Below, piece after piece: positions 61,000 to 64,000 of a DNA stretch of 64,000 bases. The notes under the pieces are model-generated. The model was not told the origin of the DNA and did no database searches. It saw only the letters and a list, made by a program, of their open reading frames with translations. Origin of the DNA: Mobula hypostoma (taxonomy: Eukaryota); assembly GCF_963921235.1 (NCBI RefSeq), contig NC_086118.1, positions 25,980,001 through 26,044,000 on the forward strand, given 5' to 3'. Position numbers and translations under genes: made by a program. Numbering within the stretch: the stretch's first letter is position 1; the number at the start of each line of letters is the position of its first letter.

Positions 61000-63900
61000 A
61001 AAAAAAGAGGTTTGACCAGTTACCAATCCAGCATTGAAGGTTTTGAGAGGAGAAGGTTTCAATCAGGTCCACTGCCTGAGTACAAAAGGCAGCAACGGGT
61101 TGCTACGGCGAAAAAGTGCTTTGACCAGCGACTAATTGGATTGATTAGCAAGATCAGATTAAAGGAAGGCAGGGGCAAGCACTGTAGAGGCTGTCATCTG
61201 ACTGGACAGAGTGGTGATCTTGAGGCTTTAGTTCTTTGAGGCTTCTATGAAGAGAGGTTTCAGTCAGAGAAAGCAAAAGAAAAGCTCAAGTTCTTTTTCT
61301 TTCTCTTCTTTATATCTGCTCAGTGAGGACAGTAGAGATGCCAGGCAGGAGGGTAGAATGCTCCTCTTGCGGATGTGAGAAGGCAGGGAGACTGACAACT
61401 ACAGCTGTGAGAAGTGCATTCAGTCGCAACTTCTAATAATCCACATTAAGGAGTTGGAGCTGGAAATGGATGAACTCCAAAACATTCAGAAGATTGAAAT
61501 GGTGATAGATAGGACATATAGGGAGATAGTTACACCCAAGGTGCAGGACACAGGAGACTGGATGACACTCAGGGGGGGAAAAGGGTTTAAGTAGCCAGTG
61601 CAGTGTAATGGGGGGGTGGGTGACCTAACAGAGGAAAGTCTCTGGCACTGAGTCTGGCTATGTGACTCAGGAGGGAAAGGGGGAGAAGAGGCACACTGTG
61701 GTGATAGGGGATTCGTTAGTTAGAGGATCGGACAGGAGGTTCTGTCGGTGAGAGCAAGATTCCCAGATGGTACGTTGCCTCCCGGAGGCAGAGTCCAGGA
61801 TATCTCAGATCAAGTCCTCAGCATTCTTAAGTGGGAGTGTGAACAGCTAGAAGATGTGGTCCATGTAGGTACCAGTGACATGGGTAGGATAAGTGACAAG
61901 GTTCTCCATGAGGAGTTCAGGGAGTTAGGTGCTAAGTTAAAGGGCAGGACCTCCAGGGTTGTGATCTCAGGATTGCTACCCGTGCCACATGCTAGTGAGG
62001 CCAGAGCTAGGAAGATTATACAGTTTAATACACGGCAAAGGAGTTGGTGTAGGAGGGAGGGCATAAGACATTCGGATCATTGGGCTGACTTCCAGGGAAG
62101 GTGGACCTGTACAGTTGGGACAATTTGCACCTGAACTGGAGGGGGACTAATATCTTAGTGGGAAGGTTTGTTAATGCTGCAGGGGTATGGGAATCAGAGT
62201 GTCAGAACAGTTAATGGAGAGCTTGTGGAGACAGATGTTGGTAAGACTTCAGACAAAGTTTAGAATCAGAAAGTTGAGCATGGTGTGACTAGTGTCCTAA
62301 GCTGCATATATTTGAATGCAAAGAGTATAGTAGGAAAAGCGGATAATTCTGCTAAAGATGAGGTATTAGGTTCACAAACAGAGGCAATGTGTAGTGAGGA
62401 GAGACTGCTGACGGGGAAAAATTGCAGTCAACAGAATGAGTTGGAACTTAAAAGGTGGACACAATCGAAAAGGGGGAATACAGGACTGAAGGTGTTGTAA
62501 TTGAATGTGTGCAGTATATAGAATAAGGTAGATCTACTCGCAGCATAGTTGCAGATTAGCAGGTATGATGTTGTAGGCATCATATGATGGCTGAAAGAAG
62601 CTTATAGTTGGGAGCTTAATGTCCAAGGATACACATTGTATCAAATGGAAAGGCAGGAAGGCAGAGGAGGCAGCATTGCTCTGTTGGTAAAAAAATGAAA
62701 TCAAATCATTAGAAAGAGGTGACATAGGTGTTGAATCATTATGGATAGATCTAAGGAACTGCAAGGATAAAAAGACCCTCATGGGAGTAGTAAGGATGTG
62801 GTCTACAAATTACAACAGGAGATAGAATATACATGCTAAAAGTGCAATGTTAAAATAATCATGGGGGACTTCAATATGCAGATAGATTGGGAAAATCTGG
62901 ATTCCAGGAGGGGAGTTTCCAGAGTGCCTCTGAGATGACTTTTCAGAGCAGCTTGTGGTTGAATCCACTAGGGGATCAGTTATTCTGGATTGGGTATTGT
63001 GCAATGAAGCAGAATTGATTAGAGAGCTTAAGGTAAAAGAATCCTTAGGGACAAGTGATAATAATGTGATCGAATTCACCCTGAAATTTGAAAAGGAGAA
63101 GCTAAAGTCAGATGTATCAGTATTACAGTGGAGTAAAAGGAATTATAGAGGCATAAGAGAGAAGTTGGCCAGAATTGATTAGAAAAGAACACTGGCAGGG
63201 ATGACGGCAGAGCAATAATGGCTGGAATTTCTGGAAGCAACTCAGAAGCCACATGATATATACATCCCAAAGAGGAAGTAGTATTCAAAAAGAAAGATGA
63301 CATAACCATGGCTAACAAGGGAAATCAAAACCAACATAAAATCCAAAGAGAGGGCATAGAATAGAGCAAAAATTAGTGGGAAGTTAAAGGATTGGGAAGC
63401 TTTAATAAACCAACAGAAAGCAACTAAAAAAGTCATTAAGAAGGTAAAGATGGAATACAAAAGTAAGCTAGCCAATAATATTAAATATACCATAAGTTTC
63501 TTCAAATAGATAAAGTATAAAAGAGAGGCGAGAGTGGGACTGCTGGAAAACGATGCTGGGGATGAAATGGGTGATGAACTGAATAAGTATTTCCCGGCAG
63601 TCTTCACTGTTGGAGACACTAGCAGTATGGTGGAATTTCCAGGTGTTAAGGGTCATGAAGTGTGTGAAGTTACCATAACCAGAGAAAAAGTTCTTGGGAA
63701 ACTGAAAGGACTGAAGGACTGGGGTGAACACCACCTGGAGCAGATGGTGTACACCCCAAGGTTCTGAAAGAGGTGGCTGAAGAGATTGTGGAGGCATTAA
63801 TAATGATCCTTCAAGAATCACTAGATTCTGGAATAGTTTTGGAAGACTGGAAGATTACAAAAGTCACTCCACTCTTTGAAAAGGGAGAGAGGCAGAAGAA

Positions 63901-64000
63901 AGGAAACTATAGGCCAGTTGGTCTGACCTCAGTGGTTGGGAAGATATTGGAGTCAATTAATAAGGATGAGGTCTCAGGGTACTTGGAAGCATGTGATAAA
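61000..64000 (+). mobile_element. Decayed CR1 from the 5' UTR through ORF1 into ORF2 (runs off the window)
   Basis: VECSSCG..SCEKC zinc finger, VIGDS/HVGTSD esterase, then EN (RGSVILDWVL, SDNN) and the RT start (NYRPVGL). Confidence 0.9.

Larger units (their letters stand above)
55133..61000 (-). mobile_element. Decayed endogenous retrovirus-like provirus (gag-pro-[RT core deleted]-RNase H-IN, PPT, 3' LTR)
   Basis: Capsid MHR-like Q..DE...DY (~60940-60990), two decayed CCHC knuckles (60597-60707), and protease LVDTG..GIDIL. RNase H motifs DG / SAQVAEL / VKAHQK..GNEWAD; integrase SDQGAHF..YHPQSSGTVERIN. Confidence 0.88.

Overview
This is repeat-dominated vertebrate genomic DNA. The family mix (abundant CR1, Rex1/Babar, RTE, HE1-like V-SINEs, Penelope pLTRs) suggests a cartilaginous fish, probably a ray; that is inference. 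No bacterial-type features are present, and no intact long host ORF is visible. Most of the window is layered, decayed retroelements. Four things stand out. (1) A Penelope-like pLTR family carries minimal type I hammerhead ribozyme cores (CUGANGA..GAAAC GUC). Two copies look intact (4520-4555 and 9810-9845), and the family often inserts as inverted fold-back pairs with target-site duplications (TSDs). (2) A decayed retrovirus-like provirus lies on the minus strand (55133-~61000). It has Gag with two zinc knuckles, protease, retroviral RNase H, integrase, a PPT and a 3' LTR. The RT core is deleted and there is no recognisable env; it may be Loki-like. (3) There is a four-deep nest (CR1 > Gypsy > RTE > Penelope) with readable TSDs. 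(4) A CpG-enriched unique island at ~35.5-36.8 kb has minus-strand splice signals and two in-frame candidate exons of a host gene I cannot identify. Boundaries of old repeats are approximate, read by eye.
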